Part shown: piece by piece, positions 38,886 through 50,871 of the stretch
Position numbering within the stretch: position 1 is the stretch's first letter
Layout: each line of letters starts with the position of its first letter
Source: a virus
DNA: 64,000 bases
Virus record (IMG/VR): IMGVR_UViG_3300048999_000192
Span: 32,001 to 96,000 of that record
Reading direction: 5' to 3' (one strand)
Notes under the pieces: model-generated
Seen by the model: only the letters and a program-made list of their open reading frames with translations
What the model was told of the DNA's origin: nothing
Database searches by the model: none
Position numbers and translations under genes: made by a program

Positions 38886-40683
38886 GTACCGGGGCGATGA
38901 TCGAAATCACGGGCTTCGTGCTCTACATCGGCGGTGCCCTGGTCTACGGCATCGACCTGACACGGGGGAAGACCCAGCCGACCGGCCGGTGGTTCGCGAT
39001 GTTCCTCACCACCGGCCGTGGTGCCCTCGTCCAGATCTCAGGCGAGTCATGCTGGGCGATCCACCACCTGATGGACCATGAGTTCCTCGGTGCCGCCCTG
39101 AACGGTGTGTGGATCGCCGGGCTGGTCTGGAACTACTTCAAGCACGGCGGCGGCAAGGGCCTGAAGAAGGCCGCGCTGGAGCTCGGCGAGAAGTCCCGCG
39201 CCAGGATCCAGACCCTTGTCGACAACCTGAGCCCCAGTCCCATCCCCTCCCCGGTAGGTGCGCGATGAACGAGCACTTCTTCTACGGCCTCTTCAGCCTG
39301 ATCGGCCTTCTCTTCGTCCTCGCCGGTGCCGGTTGCGTCATCGGCTGCGCCTTCATGATCGCCCAGGGCGTGAAGAGGAGGCTGATCTTCGACATGGCCA
39401 AGCGTGCCAACCTCGCGTCGATCGTCTGGTCTGGCAGCTTCATGATCGCCTACGCGTTCGATCACGCGGCGGCCTGGGGCTACGTCAGCGCGGCCGAGTT
39501 CGTGATCTTCCTCGCGGTGCGGGTCTGGATGGTCAGCCGCGAGCGGTACACGAACTGGGACGCCTGATGGCCGACCAGCCCACCGACGCCGAGAAGGCCC
39601 TGGCGTACACCATCCTGCAGGCCTTCGACGAGGCCCCGCCCCCGTGCGTCAACGTGCCTCACCAGGGCGAGTACATCCACCTCTACACCCACGGCGTGAT
39701 CGAGGGCTGGCTGCGCACCGTGTTCGAGGACCTCGGCCTCATCAAGCCCGAAGAGGACGACTGGGCCCCCGAGGTCATAACCACTATCAACCTCCCCGAA
39801 GCCCCCAAGTCCAAGGAGGACTGACATGCAGTTCACGACCCAGGAGTACGAGGCCGTCCGGGCCGAGTACCGCAAGCTGGCCAAGCAGAACTTCACCAAG
39901 GTCGGCTCGGTCTTCTCCAAGTTCAACCTGTACGTCATCGTCCCGTTCACCCTCATCCTGCCGGTGGTCGGGCTGTTCGCGAACATCATGCGGTTCCTGT
40001 GGGCGCTCCCGCTGGGCATCCTGGCCTTCTTCGTGCTCTCCCTGATCGCCAACGCCACCAAGGCGCAGAAGCTGTCGGATGAGTTCGGCGACGATGTCCT
40101 GCTGAAGAAGGTGCTCAAGGACGACGCCATCGTGGTCGACCCGATCGACATCCGGCTGCTGCTGGTCGAGGTCGGCGACACTCCGGGCACCGGGGCGGCG
40201 GCCGAGGCCGTCAACCGCCTGTCCCTCGCCACCCAGCGGTACGAGGACAGGGTGACCTCCCGCTACCGCCAGGCCCGCCGCCGGGCCTAGCTCTACCAAG
40301 GATCCTTGTAGTAAACTGCGCGTGTTCAATCCCTGTCATAGAGGAGCCAACCGGCATGAAGCACGACCTCTCTCCCCTCTCCCTGGGAGGCTGACATGAC
40401 CGCAGTTCTCGCCATCCTCACGCTCGCCGCGTTCCTGCTGCTGTTCGCGGGCGTGGGGATGGCGATCAAGCACAAGAACGTCTTCTGGGCGCTGCCCTAC
40501 TGGATCACCGCCCTGCTGGTGCAGGGGCTGGCCGAGTTCTGCTCGGGCCACCCGTGGATCATGCTGGGGCTGGGCATCTCGGCCACCGCCCTGACGCTCG
40601 TATGGGCCGTGGCCATCGTGGTGCAGGCGCACATCCTCCAGCGGCGTTCTGAGCGCCCCCAGGAGCCTCCCCCGGCTCCTTGA
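38882..40683 (+). CDS. Cluster of mostly membrane proteins (38882-39268, 39265-39567, 39567-39824, 39826-40290, 40396-40683)
   Basis: Multiple hydrophobic helices, coupled ORFs. Confidence 0.6.
40288..40317 (+). promoter_or_regulatory. Promoter with spacer palindrome
   Basis: TACCAAGGATCCTTGTAG-TAAACT. Confidence 0.65.
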
Positions 40684-40759
40684 CCCACTGAGACCTAAGG
40701 CCGTCCCATCTCCGCTCTGGGGCGGCCTCAGGCGTTCCCAGGGCCCATCCTGAAGCGAT

Positions 40760-40787
40760 GGTGTTACCAAGAAATCCTGGTGTAGAG
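40760..40787 (+). promoter_or_regulatory. Promoter with spacer palindrome
   Basis: TACCAAGAAATCCTGGTG-TAGAGT. Confidence 0.65.
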
Positions 40788-40823
40788 TCAATCCATCATC
40801 CCCCGAAGGCCAAAGGAGCCCGA

Positions 40824-41342
40824 GTGGCTGACAAGGAGCCCCAGACCCGCTGCGAGGAGTGCGAGGAGCCGCATCGCGCCGAGCAGGACGAGGACGGTCA
40901 GCTCGTGATCCTGGCGCATGAGAGCCCGTTCGGCCTGGTCGGCGAGCGTCACCCGATCTGCGAGGGCTCGCACCGGCCGCCGCTCAACCCCCGCCCCTTC
41001 CTCGTGCGCGGCAACATGCCGTTCGTCATCCGGATCGCGGAGGCCAAGAGCGCCGATGACGCCGCCCGCCAGGTCGAGCATGCCGAGGGCCACCTGAACA
41101 TCGAGTACGACGGGCTCGAAATCGAGAGCGTCGTCTCCGCCGACAAGGTCGACGACCTGGACGCCCCCGACGAGCGCCGTACGTGCCAGCGCGAAGGGTG
41201 CGGTCACCTGGTCGAGGACCACTTCGGCAACTACATGGACCGCGACGACGACGGCAAGGTCCGCAACCCCGACGCCTGCTGCCACTGGCGCTGCCCGTGC
41301 CCGCGCCCCTACACCTCGATCCTGAAGGAGCTCCTCACGTGA
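40824..41342 (+). CDS. Cys/His-rich hypothetical protein
   Basis: AAGGAG RBS; CEEC, CGH..DH, CCHWRCPC. Confidence 0.6.
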   Translation: MADKEPQTRCEECEEPHRAEQDEDGQLVILAHESPFGLVGERHPICEGSHRPPLNPRPFLVRGNMPFVIRIAEAKSADDAARQVEHAEGHLNIEYDGLEIESVVSADKVDDLDAPDERRTCQREGCGHLVEDHFGNYMDRDDDGKVRNPDACCHWRCPCPRPYTSILKELLT

Positions 41343-41848
41343 CCATGACCACTGACAACACCCCGCTCAGCGCGGTGAACGCCCTGATCGGCTGGTACGC
41401 CCAGAACGTGCCCGCGCTCCAGGTGCTGGCTGCCGAGCAGGGCATCACGCTGGACGAGCTCGTGCCCAGGATCCTGAACGAAGCCATGGCCGCCAACGGG
41501 CTGGCCATGGTCGAGGTGAGTCCCGAGATCGAGCCCGGTGTGCTGCAGGTGCAGGACATCCGGCTGGAGACCGGCAGCCGCCGGATCTGGCAGGACGGCA
41601 AGGAGATCGACCTGCCCCGCCTGCAGTTCGACGTGCTGGCGCTGCTCATGCGCCGGGCAGGCCACGTGGTGCGCCGCCGGGAGGTGGCCACCGAGGTCTG
41701 GGAGGACTACCACGGCACCGTGACCAAGTCGATGGACATGCACATCTCCTGGATCCGTAAGGCTCTGGGCGATGACCCCAAGGGCCCCGGCCACTGCCGC
41801 TACATCACCACCGTGCGCGGCGTCGGCTGGAGGATCGAGCGCGGATGA
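41339..41848 (+). CDS. OmpR/PhoB-type winged-helix DNA-binding protein without a receiver domain
   Basis: IDLPRLQFDVLALLMRRAGHVVRR..VW..KSMDMHISWIRKALGDDP..YITTVRGVGWR. Confidence 0.85.
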   Translation: MTMTTDNTPLSAVNALIGWYAQNVPALQVLAAEQGITLDELVPRILNEAMAANGLAMVEVSPEIEPGVLQVQDIRLETGSRRIWQDGKEIDLPRLQFDVLALLMRRAGHVVRRREVATEVWEDYHGTVTKSMDMHISWIRKALGDDPKGPGHCRYITTVRGVGWRIERG

Positions 41849-42514
41849 GCGGCGGCTCCTACAACTACCTGTGCCACGCCATGCGCGATGGCAACCTCTC
41901 CCAGTACGAGGGGGAGATGCAGCGGATGGCCGCGCGCCTGCGGGAGCTGGGTCATCCGGAGGCCGCCGACGGCACCGACATCGTCCTGAGCGTGCTGGAC
42001 GCCGCTGAGAGGGCCGCCATGGCCCTGGAGGACGTCTGGCACGCCGTGGAGTGGCTCGACTCGAACGACTCCGACGAGGAGGCCGTGGCCGAGGCCGTCG
42101 AGGCCTATCGAGAGAAGAGGCAGCGCCCGTGATCGACAAGGTGCTCAGGATCCTGATCATCGTCTGCTGTGCCCTGATGATCATCTTCACCGTCATGGCG
42201 CTGGTGGCGCAGTACACCCATACGGCCTGGTGAGCATGGGCAAGCACCCCACGTACGGCATCCGCGTCATGCGCACCCCGCTGGGCAGCTACTACTGGGA
42301 CGCCGAGATGGCCGACCTGAGCTTCCTGCCCCCGTACAAGCGCATCCGGCGTGACTTCCGTGACCTGCGGCACCCCGACGACGTACGCATGGTCCCCCAC
42401 CGGCACCCGAACACGCTGGAGGGGGCCGTGATGTGCGCCAGCCAGATGTCCGCAGGTCACGCTCGCAGCCTGCTCGCCGGGGATGACCCCGCCGAATGGA
42501 AGAAGGCCCGATGA
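41845..42514 (+). CDS. Small hypothetical genes (41845-42132, about 42129-42233, 42230-42514)
   Basis: Coupled ORFs; MSGGSYNYL N-terminus. Confidence 0.55.
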
Positions 42515-43131
42515 AGCTGAGCATCCACAAGGGGTCGCCCCAGGACGACCCGCCGCTGAACCTGAGGACGGTCGTGCACGCCGAAGAGCTGAGCAACGCC
42601 TACGACGCCTACAGGGCGATCGACGAGCTCTCGCACCTGCGCGATGAGCCCGGGATCCAGTTCGTCGGCGGCGAAGGCTCCCTGGACGCGCCCGTCATGA
42701 TCATCGGCGAGGCCCCCGGCGAGGTGGAGAACGAGCAGGGCCGCCCGTTCGTCGGCCCCTCCGGCGTGCTGCTGCGCAAGCAGCTTCACCGCATCGGCCT
42801 CACCGAGTACGAGGTGTTCCTGACCAACGTGGTGAAGTACCGGCCGCCGGGCAACCGCACCCCGCTGTACTTCGAGGTCGAGCTGTCCCGCGCCTGCCTG
42901 GACGAGGAGATCCGGCTCATCCAGCCCGACCTGGTCATCCTGGCCGGGCGCACGCCGCTCTCCCTGATCCACCACAACGGCTCGATCACCGAGCACCAGG
43001 GCAAGCCGATCATGTTCGAAGAGCGGCTGTGGCTGCCGATCTTCCACCCCTCGGCCGCACTGCGGGACGACACGACCATGGAGGCCTTCCGCGCCTCCTT
43101 CGACCTGATAGGAGCGCTCATCAGTGGATGA
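42511..43131 (+). CDS. Uracil-DNA glycosylase, family-4-like
   Basis: GEGSLDAPVMIIGEAPG..E..GRPFVGPSG, TNVVKYRPPGNRTP, HPSAAL. Confidence 0.9.
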   Translation: MKLSIHKGSPQDDPPLNLRTVVHAEELSNAYDAYRAIDELSHLRDEPGIQFVGGEGSLDAPVMIIGEAPGEVENEQGRPFVGPSGVLLRKQLHRIGLTEYEVFLTNVVKYRPPGNRTPLYFEVELSRACLDEEIRLIQPDLVILAGRTPLSLIHHNGSITEHQGKPIMFEERLWLPIFHPSAALRDDTTMEAFRASFDLIGALISG

Positions 43132-43750
43132 GGAACCCGAGGGCGGCATGACCCGGGCCGACTGGATCCGGGTGGTGTGCTGGCTGGCCTGCTGGGGCGT
43201 GGGCTTCTGGCTGCTGGAGTACGCCCGCTTCGACCATCACAACCCCCTTGGCGCACTGGCCTACCTGGTGGGCGTGGTGTGCCTGTGCGAGAGGAGCAAG
43301 CCCAATGGGACTTCGGCGCGGCCGGAGGAGTAAGCGCGGTCGGCGGGGCTTCTGGGAGTTCATCCTGGAGGTCACCTCCGAGGCGATCGACACGATCATC
43401 TGGTGGTCATGACAATGCATCTCAATCTCTCGGCCGGGTCGCTCCTGGCCAACGCGGGCATCCTCATCCTGCTCGTCGCGATCCTCATCCGCTACGTGCT
43501 GCAGCGCCCGCGCGGCTGGCAGTGGCCGAGCTGGGTCCAGTCGATCATCGGCCTGGTCTCCTCGGTGATGATCCTGGCGGGTGTGCGCATGGAGGGGCAG
43601 GGCTGGGACTGGTTCATCGCGGTCATGGTCGGGGTCTGGGTCCTGCTGCTCGTCTGGGACCTGATCAGGATCTGGCGTGAGCACCGCGACACCGCCGGTA
43701 CCGCCCTCGTGGAGGAGTACGAGGTCCCCCAGGATCACACCGGCTCCTGA
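43124..43750 (+). CDS. Small membrane proteins (43124-43333, 43403-43750)
   Basis: Hydrophobic helices. Confidence 0.55.
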
Positions 43751-43762
43751 CATTCTTGGAGT

Positions 43763-43810
43763 GATGATTTTAAAATCATCTTGCTCTCCCTACAATCCTT
43801 GGAGTACAGT
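43763..43810 (+). promoter_or_regulatory. AT palindrome + promoter
   Basis: GATGATTTTAAAATCATC; TTGCTC-N18-TACAGT. Confidence 0.78.
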
Positions 43811-43871
43811 CCGGTATGTCACTTCAGGATTGTGGGGAGAGCCTCTGGGCAAATCCCCCGAGAGGACCAAC

Positions 43872-46352
43872 ATGCCGACGCCTGACCGTTATGAGCTGCG
43901 CGCGGGCTCGGGGGAGACCTGGGAGGTGTGGGATCACTTCCTGCACCGGCCCATCGCTGGCTATCCGGTCGATGACTGGCCCGAGGCGACGCGGATGGTC
44001 TACCACGGCAACGCCGATCACCAGCAGGAGGTGCGGGAGGCGCATGAGCAGGCCATCGCCTACCACCTGCGCCTGTACCCGCCGCCGTCCACCCGCTACC
44101 AGGTCGTGAGCGACTGGTACGCCACCCTGGTGACGGATGAGCTGGAGGGCCGCGTGGTGGCCGAGGGCTTCAAGGGCGATGAGGGCAAGGCCCACGCCAG
44201 CGAGATCGCCGACAAGCTCAACGCCGACGACACCCGCCGGGCCGACCACGAGCGCCGCAAGGCCAGGTACGGACCTTGCCGCTCCTGGCGTATCCACTGG
44301 GCCCGCTGGCGGCCGGTCATCTCCCGCTGCACCTGGCCCGCCGACCACGTGGAGTTCACCCGCTGGCACTGCTCCGAGGACACCACCGGCCGTATCTGGC
44401 AGGTCGGCGAGCATGAGAGGAAGGAGTTCTGATGCGGCTCACCGAGGCCGACAAGCTGCAGGCCTACACCCTGGCCATGCACCAGCTCGTGGGGGCCATG
44501 GCCAACATCCAGTCGATGGTGCGCCTGGCCAAGCAGGGCGAGATCAACCTGATGGATCCCGAGTGGCTCGAACGGCTCGACCACACTGCCAATGGCGAGC
44601 GCACCAAGGCGTCCATGAGCCCGGTGGACACCTACGCCAAGCGGCTGCGTAAAGAGGCCGTGCTCGGTCCTGTCGTCGTGAGCGAGCTCCTGGGCACCCA
44701 CCGGCGCGAGTCCACCACCCCCTTCGAGCAGCAGGGCGCACTGATCGTGGACTGCTCCTGCGGGCAGACCTACGTGGTGCCCGCCAGGGGTGATGAGTAC
44801 GGGACGCTGGAGCTCGCGCAGCGCAACCACGTCGGTGGCGTCACCTTCGAGCCGGGCAGGCACGGGGAGACCTACTGGCTGCGCGCCACCGAGAGCGGGT
44901 TCTACTCCCAGGTGAGCCTGGAGCAGTGGTGCCAGGCCGAGCGGGGCGCGGGCTTCCATCCCAAGCCCGGCTGCGGACCGACGGCGACTGGAGGCTTCTC
45001 CAGCGGTGGCCTGAGCGGCACCGCCCAGTACCCCGAGACCGTGCTGCGGCTGTGGGAGAGGGAGCAGGGGGATCTGAATGACGGTCAAGCAGGACTATGA
45101 GCTCATGGCCCGCCAGGGCAGGGAGCTGGCGGACATCCGCGCGATGCGTAACCAGGCCACCCAGGCGCTGAACATGGAGATCGCCCGCGTCAAGCGGGTG
45201 GCCATCAGTGCGGCCGAGAGCATGATCGAGGACCTGCAGCACCTCGTCTCGATCATGAGCCATGGGGACAGCGACGCCAGGCAGGCCCGCAGTATGGCCG
45301 TCGACTACGCGATGCTCCTGGAGCGCATGGCCCGCCTGGAGGGGCTGCAGCGCGCCATGGTCGTACTGGACTCCCGCACCCCGGACGAGCTGGCCGAGAC
45401 GGGGGAGGCGAGGACGTGAAGGACTTCCTCTACCGGCTGCTCATGAGCATGGCCGGTGCCACCTATGAGGAGTGGCAGGCCTACTACGCCGCCCACCCGC
45501 GCCCCGGCGACCAGGAGGGCGAGGCGTCGTGATCACCACCCTGGTCGTGATCAACGTCATCGACCTCGCGCTGATCGTCGTCCTCGTCGCCCTGCCGTTC
45601 CGGCGTGCGGCCAGGCGCGAGCGGGCGCGGGAGCGCATGCGCAAGCAGATCGGAGCCTCCCGGTGAACCTGCTCATCGCCATCCTGATCATCGCCGCCGT
45701 CGGCATCGCCTTCTCGATCTGGCTCTTCGTCGAGAACATGAGCGCCAAGCGCGAGGCCGACCGGCTCTACGCCGAGTACCAGGCGCGGATGAAGGTCCTG
45801 CTGGCCGACGTGGACGAGCACCTCGCCCGCGTCTACGCGGGGGAGAAGGTCATCCAGGGGGTCGTGGAGGAGTTCGGTCCGCCTACCCGGCCCCAGTCCC
45901 CCAAGAACAGCTCCTAGGCCCGCACAGGGCTTCTCCTGCGCGCGGAGGCCTATCCGCGCCTGACCCCGAAAGGAACCATGGACATCTCCCTGCTGCTGCT
46001 GCGCACCGGCATGGCCCTGACCGTCGGCTGCTGGATCATGCTCACCTTCACGGTGATGCGGGTCATCCTGGCCGAGGAGGCCGAGAAGAAGATCAACGAG
46101 ATGGTGAGGAACTTCGGTGCGATCGACCAGATCGCCGGGGCGTTCCTGGTGGCGACGGGCCTGATCTTCGGTGCCTCCCTCGCCCGCCACGAGCAGGTCT
46201 GGATGATCGCCTCGGGCCTGGGCGGCATCCTCATGACGGCGGCCTGGATCTCGCGGCTGGCCAGCAAGTGGCGGCACCGCAACTGCACCGAGGATGAGTG
46301 TGCGGTCGAGGCCAAGGATGAGGCCGACGAAGAGGACGAACCGACCGAGTGA
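43872..46352 (+). CDS. Operon of hypothetical and membrane genes (43872-44432, 44432-45100, 45078-45419, small ORFs, 45978-46352)
   Basis: Coupled ORFs, RBS present. Confidence 0.55.
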
Positions 46353-46514
46353 CCTGGCCCTGCGAAGCCCCCGTGGAGTGATCCCGGGGGCTTCGTCACG
46401 CTCTGCACACCCGGTGTTTTCCCAGCTAGATGTGCGGGTCGCGGGCGCGCGAGAAGCCAACCATATCGGGCACGTTCTGACCTGCGCAACTCACTCTCTG
46501 TGACCTGGCTCAGC

Positions 46515-46572
46515 AATCATTTTAAAATCATTGCCAGAACCGCTTCTCTCCCCACAATCCTTGGAGTAGAGT
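46515..46572 (+). promoter_or_regulatory. AT tract + promoter
   Basis: AATCATTTTAAAATCATT; CCCACAATCCTTGGAG-TAGAGT. Confidence 0.78.
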
Positions 46573-46604
46573 GGTCACTACCACCCCGAAGAGATGAGGC
46601 CCCG

Positions 46605-47686
46605 ATGGACGAGATGGCCCAGATGTACGTGGACGCTCGTGAGGCGACCACCACGGTGAACAGCGCGCTGGCCTCGGGCATGCGCAACGCCCAGAAGCCC
46701 GACAGCATCGCCAAGATGCGCGCCGCCGCCGCTGCCCTGCTCGCCCTCGCCGACGCGGCCGACGCCCGATGAGCGGCTGCCGAGGATGCACGGGCACCTG
46801 CTGCACCGGACTGGGCAGTGACCCGTGCGTCTGCCCGGACGAGGACTACACCGACGACGGCGACCAGCTCAGTCCCGACCAGCGCGCCGCCGAGGCGCGA
46901 CTGGCCCGCCGGGCCCTGGGCCTGTAGATCTCCACCCACACCCCCACGAAGCGAGGAGACCGCGATGGGCAAGCGCGTGTACTGCGAGACGGAGGTCAGC
47001 CGTGTCGGCAGGACCTTGATCTGCTCGAAGGAGGCGGGCCACGACAACGGCACCAACCCCGAGGAGATCGTTCACTACGACGCCACCGCGCGCCAGCACT
47101 TCGACTACCCCGGCAAGATCCGGATCATCATCGACATCCCCGGCCTGGACGCCGACGTCGTGATCGACGAGGACGTGCCGGACAACTACGGGGCGATGAG
47201 CGAGGACGAGCGGCTGAACTACCGGGGCTACCGCGAGGAGAGCTACCGCGAGCTGATGAACGTGAGCGCCGAGTACGTCGCGCCGGGTGAGGAGTGATCA
47301 TGAGCTCCCACATCACCCACTGCTGCTTCGAGCACGGCTGCAAGTACAGCGACGACGACTGCCCGGTGGAGACCGGGGCCAAGCGGCAGGAGCACCCCTG
47401 CGAGCAGTGCGACGAGCCCGAGCCGGGCCAGGTCCGCCGGATCGTCGTCCAGGTCACCAACCGCAAGGGCGAGTGGCAGACGGCGGTGCTGCAGACCCCG
47501 CTGGGGCGCCACGGCATCATCCGCAACACCCCGCTGGACTTCACCGAGGGCGAGGTGGAGAGCCCCTACTACGAGGCCTACCAGGGCGGCTGTGCCTACC
47601 GGAAGGCCAACCCCGACGCCGAGCTCCGCGTGATCGAGATCGTGGAGACCCCGATGCTCCACCTGACGGCCCTGGTCCTGAACTGA
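46605..47686 (+). CDS. Hypothetical genes (46605-46772, 46965-47297, 47294-47686)
   Basis: RBS present; HCCFEHGCKY..DCPV motif in the last ORF. Confidence 0.55.
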
Positions 47687-47698
47687 CCCTCCCAGAGC

Positions 47699-47788
47699 GA
47701 GCCCGGCCTCTCCCGCAGGGGCCGGGCTTCAATCATTTTAAAATCTTTGCTCGGATCTCTTCTCTCCCCAGAATCCTTGGAGTAGAGT
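47699..47788 (+). promoter_or_regulatory. Terminator + AT tract + promoter cassette
   Basis: AGCCCGGCC/GGCCGGGCT hairpin, AATCATTTTAAAAT, CCCCAGAATCCTTGGAG-TAGAGT. Confidence 0.8.
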
Positions 47789-47821
47789 GGGGTTATCACC
47801 CCGAAGAGCGAGGAGCCCACC

Positions 47822-48986
47822 ATGAGCCGCACCCCCACCACCACGCAGGCCACCCGCTACGCCCAGTACGCCACCGAGGTGTCCGCCGACGGCAGCCGCT
47901 ACGAGATCACCAAGGTCGGCTACACCGCCAAGCACCCGATCAACTGGATCGACGGTCTCAAGGACCGCGCCAGCGCCTGGGCCTGGGCCCGCTGCCAGGA
48001 CCTGCCGGTCGTCTACTGCGACGCCACCGACCTGGCTGACACCAACGCGATCATGGAGCTCGGTGTGGTCTTCGACCCCCAGGAGTTCGAGAAGGTCGCC
48101 TACTCCGGCTACGTCGGCTACGGCTTCTCGATGAGCGACGGCTACTACGCCCCCATCCAGTTCGAGAGCTGGGTCAAGAGCTTCCGCTCCACCGTCGCCG
48201 CCGCCCACGTCGAGCTGGCCGACGGTGACGAGTCCGGCCGCCACCACATCTGGGACGGCAACGACGCCCCCAAGTGCACCAAGCGGGCGCTGGGCACCTA
48301 CGCCGACCTCCTCTTCCGCGCCACCCGATAGACCGCCCGGCCCCGCCCACCCGGGCGGGGCCTCCCTGCTTCCCGAAGGAGCACACCATGATCACTCGCG
48401 AGGTCGGCGGGATCACCGTCACCCGGCACGGGATCGGCAACTGGTCGATCGGCCACCCGGCCAACAACCAGATCACCGGCCTGCACGCGCTGAAGGTGGC
48501 GCACACCCTGGAGGTCCACTTGGGCATCCCCAAGGACGACGCCCGCCAGGTCGTCGCCGACATCATGGCCGAAGCCCGCCGTTCGCCCGTGGGGGTCTGA
48601 TCATGGGCATCACCCGCATCACCGACCAGGCCTTGCGGACCGGCGACATCGGCTACGTCTACAACACCGGCCGCTGGGGCGACAAGCCTCTCGTCGAGGG
48701 CGTTCCCGCGCGGGTCGTCTCGGTCGCCCGCAAGTACGCCACCGTCGAGCTGGAGGGCAACGCCAATGCCTACAACGGCACCTTCAAGGTCGACCGGGCG
48801 GAGGGCTTCGCCACCGGCCGGGACTACCGGCGCTTCCTCACCGCGACCGAGGCCGTGCGCGAGGACCGGTTCCACGCGGCGGTCAGGGTCATGCGTCAGT
48901 ACGGCCTCGGCCAGGCCGACATCGGCGGGCGCGTCGAGCTGACCCTGGAGCAGGTCGAGGGGATCGTGGCGGCCCTGCAGGCCTGA
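47822..48986 (+). CDS. Hypothetical genes (47822-48331, 48388-48600, 48603-48986)
   Basis: RBS present; typical codon usage. Confidence 0.6.
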
Positions 48987-49002
48987 GTCCACCCGCACAC
49001 AC

Positions 49003-49037
49003 CAGAGCGCCCCTGCCATCGCGGCAGGGGCGCTCTG
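49003..49037. terminator. Bidirectional hairpin between convergent operons
   Basis: CAGAGCGCCCCTGCC / GGCAGGGGCGCTCTG. Confidence 0.75.
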
Positions 49038-49045
49038 TGCGTCTC

Positions 49046-50258
49046 TCAGCAGTCCTCTACGTCCTGCACGAGGGTGTAGCCCGTCCGGCGCCACGGGCGG
49101 AAGCGATCGAGGCGGATGCGCGTACGGCGGCCGGGCCGGTTCTGCTCGCCCGGCTTACGGACCTGGCGCGCCTTGTTCTGGGAGACCAGCGCGTAGTCCA
49201 CCAGCTCCCCGCCGACGAACTCCGAGACGATGCCCAGCACCGTCACCTGGCGGCCGTTGGCGCGGTAGTCGTTGTCGGCCCAGACCTGGCCGGTCTTGAC
49301 CTGGGGGAGCGGGGGAGTGGTCACGGGGCGATCCCCACGTCCCAGGAGTAGGTCTGCGGGCCGTCCTCGCCGTCGCTGGCCCACGCGACGAGGCGGGTGT
49401 ACTCCTCGGACTCACCCTGCTCGCCGTCGAGCGCGTACGGCTCGACACCCTCTGCGCTGATCTCGTGCCGCCACACGATCGGGCAGCCGGTGAGCGCCCG
49501 CACGGCCTGGTCGAGGACCCAGTTCTTGTGGTGGCTGCCGTCGATGCCGCCGTACTGGATAATCACTTCCAGGGCCTTGTCGGCGCGTGCCCGCCACTCG
49601 TCTGCGGTCAGGTCGGTGCGGAGCTCGAAGCTGTCTTCCATTACGTCTGATCTCCAGCCGTCGTCATGGTCAGGACCTGCACGAAGTCCTCGTCCCCGAG
49701 GGCCTGCAGGCGGTCGCGGAGCAGGTTGTTCTCCGCGTTGAGCTCGCTGATCACCCACTCGCGGTGGGCGTTGAGATCGCGAGTGTCGCGCAGCCGGATC
49801 CTGGCCGACTGGTACAGGCCGAGCCGGACGTGGGCCATCAGGGCGGCGTACGCGCGGTTCTTCTCGATCCGCTGGCCGGTCATGTTGGCGCTCGTCAGGT
49901 CCTCTTCCAGGCGCGCGATCGTCTGGCGCAGCCCGGCGGGCCGGTTCTCCTCGCTGCCGTGCAGCGGGCAATGGTCCTTGGGCCAGTCGTCCGCCTCCCC
50001 GGCATTGCGGTCGCACAGGCACATGGCGTCGTGGAGCTCGAAGTACATGCCCTTCCAGCTCGTGGTCCCCTCGACCTGCTCCAGGAGCTTCTGGATCCTG
50101 GAGACCTGGCCGCTGGCCTCCCGCTCCAGGCGATCGATCTGGGCGTCGCGAGAGAGCAGCTCCCGCTTGACGCTCTCGAACTCCGCACCCTCGCCGACGA
50201 GCTCCTTCAGCCAGTCGTACTGGCTCTCCAGGCGGTCGATGTCGCCCTGCCCGCTCAT
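49046..50258 (-). CDS. Reverse-strand hypothetical genes (49046-49324, 49321-49641, 49641-50258)
   Basis: Coupled minus-strand ORFs; GQVWADND, YGGIDGSHHK, coiled coil. Confidence 0.65.
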
Positions 50259-50695
50259 GAGTCGTTCTCCAGCTCGGCGGAGATCTTCAGGGCCTGCAGG
50301 CGGCGCACCTCGGTGTCGAGGCGCTCGAACTCCTCACGCTGCTGGTCGACGCTCAGGCCCGCGACCTTGTGGACGTTGTCGCGCTCGAAGGTGAGCCGGG
50401 CGATCTCCTCGTCCAGGGTCTCGGGGCGGCCGATGCCGCTCAGCGAGAGAGGGTCGAAGAAGCCCGCAGAGCCCCCCTGCGGCTCCGACGGCGCCTCACG
50501 GGCCTCCTTGGGCGGGACCGGGGGCGTGAAGGCCGCACGGTCGTCCTGAGCGTCGGGGAGGGGCAGCAGAGAGGCCCGGTACTGATCCAGGGCCTCGTTG
50601 ACGATGTCGGTCTGGGGGCGGCCGGTGGCGGCGGAGAAGCTCTTGAGCCACGTGACGGACTCGTACTCCAGCCGCGTCTTGTAGTCGGTGCGCAT
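50255..50695 (-). CDS. Ribbon-helix-helix-like DNA-binding protein
   Basis: YKTRLEYESVTWLKSFSAATGRPQTDIVNEALDQY RHH pattern followed by a coiled coil. Confidence 0.6.
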   Translation of the reverse strand: MRTDYKTRLEYESVTWLKSFSAATGRPQTDIVNEALDQYRASLLPLPDAQDDRAAFTPPVPPKEAREAPSEPQGGSAGFFDPLSLSGIGRPETLDEEIARLTFERDNVHKVAGLSVDQQREEFERLDTEVRRLQALKISAELENDS

Positions 50696-50699
50696 GGGC

Positions 50700-50832
50700 C
50701 GTACGGTACCACCGTACGACGTACCTAGGTACTACCTACCCACCTACCCAACTTGGGTACTACCTACGTACGCACGGTGCTACGGTACTACCCACCCACC
50801 TACGTCCTACCGGCGTACGTGGGTAGTACCCA
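50700..50832. repeat. GGTACTACC array in a divergent intergenic region
   Basis: GGTACTACC at 50728, 50756 and 50784 (28-bp period), inverted copy at 50822, many GTAC/CTACC sub-repeats. Confidence 0.75.
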
Positions 50833-50871
50833 GCCTCGCCAAGAAACCCTGGAGATGGGAGACTGCCGCGC

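Noticed and set aside
46353-46500. tRNA or structured ncRNA in intergenic gaps (also 10474-10782)
   Set aside because: Only simple hairpins are visible, with no cloverleaf or T-loop consensus; a covariance-model search would be needed to exclude an ncRNA fully
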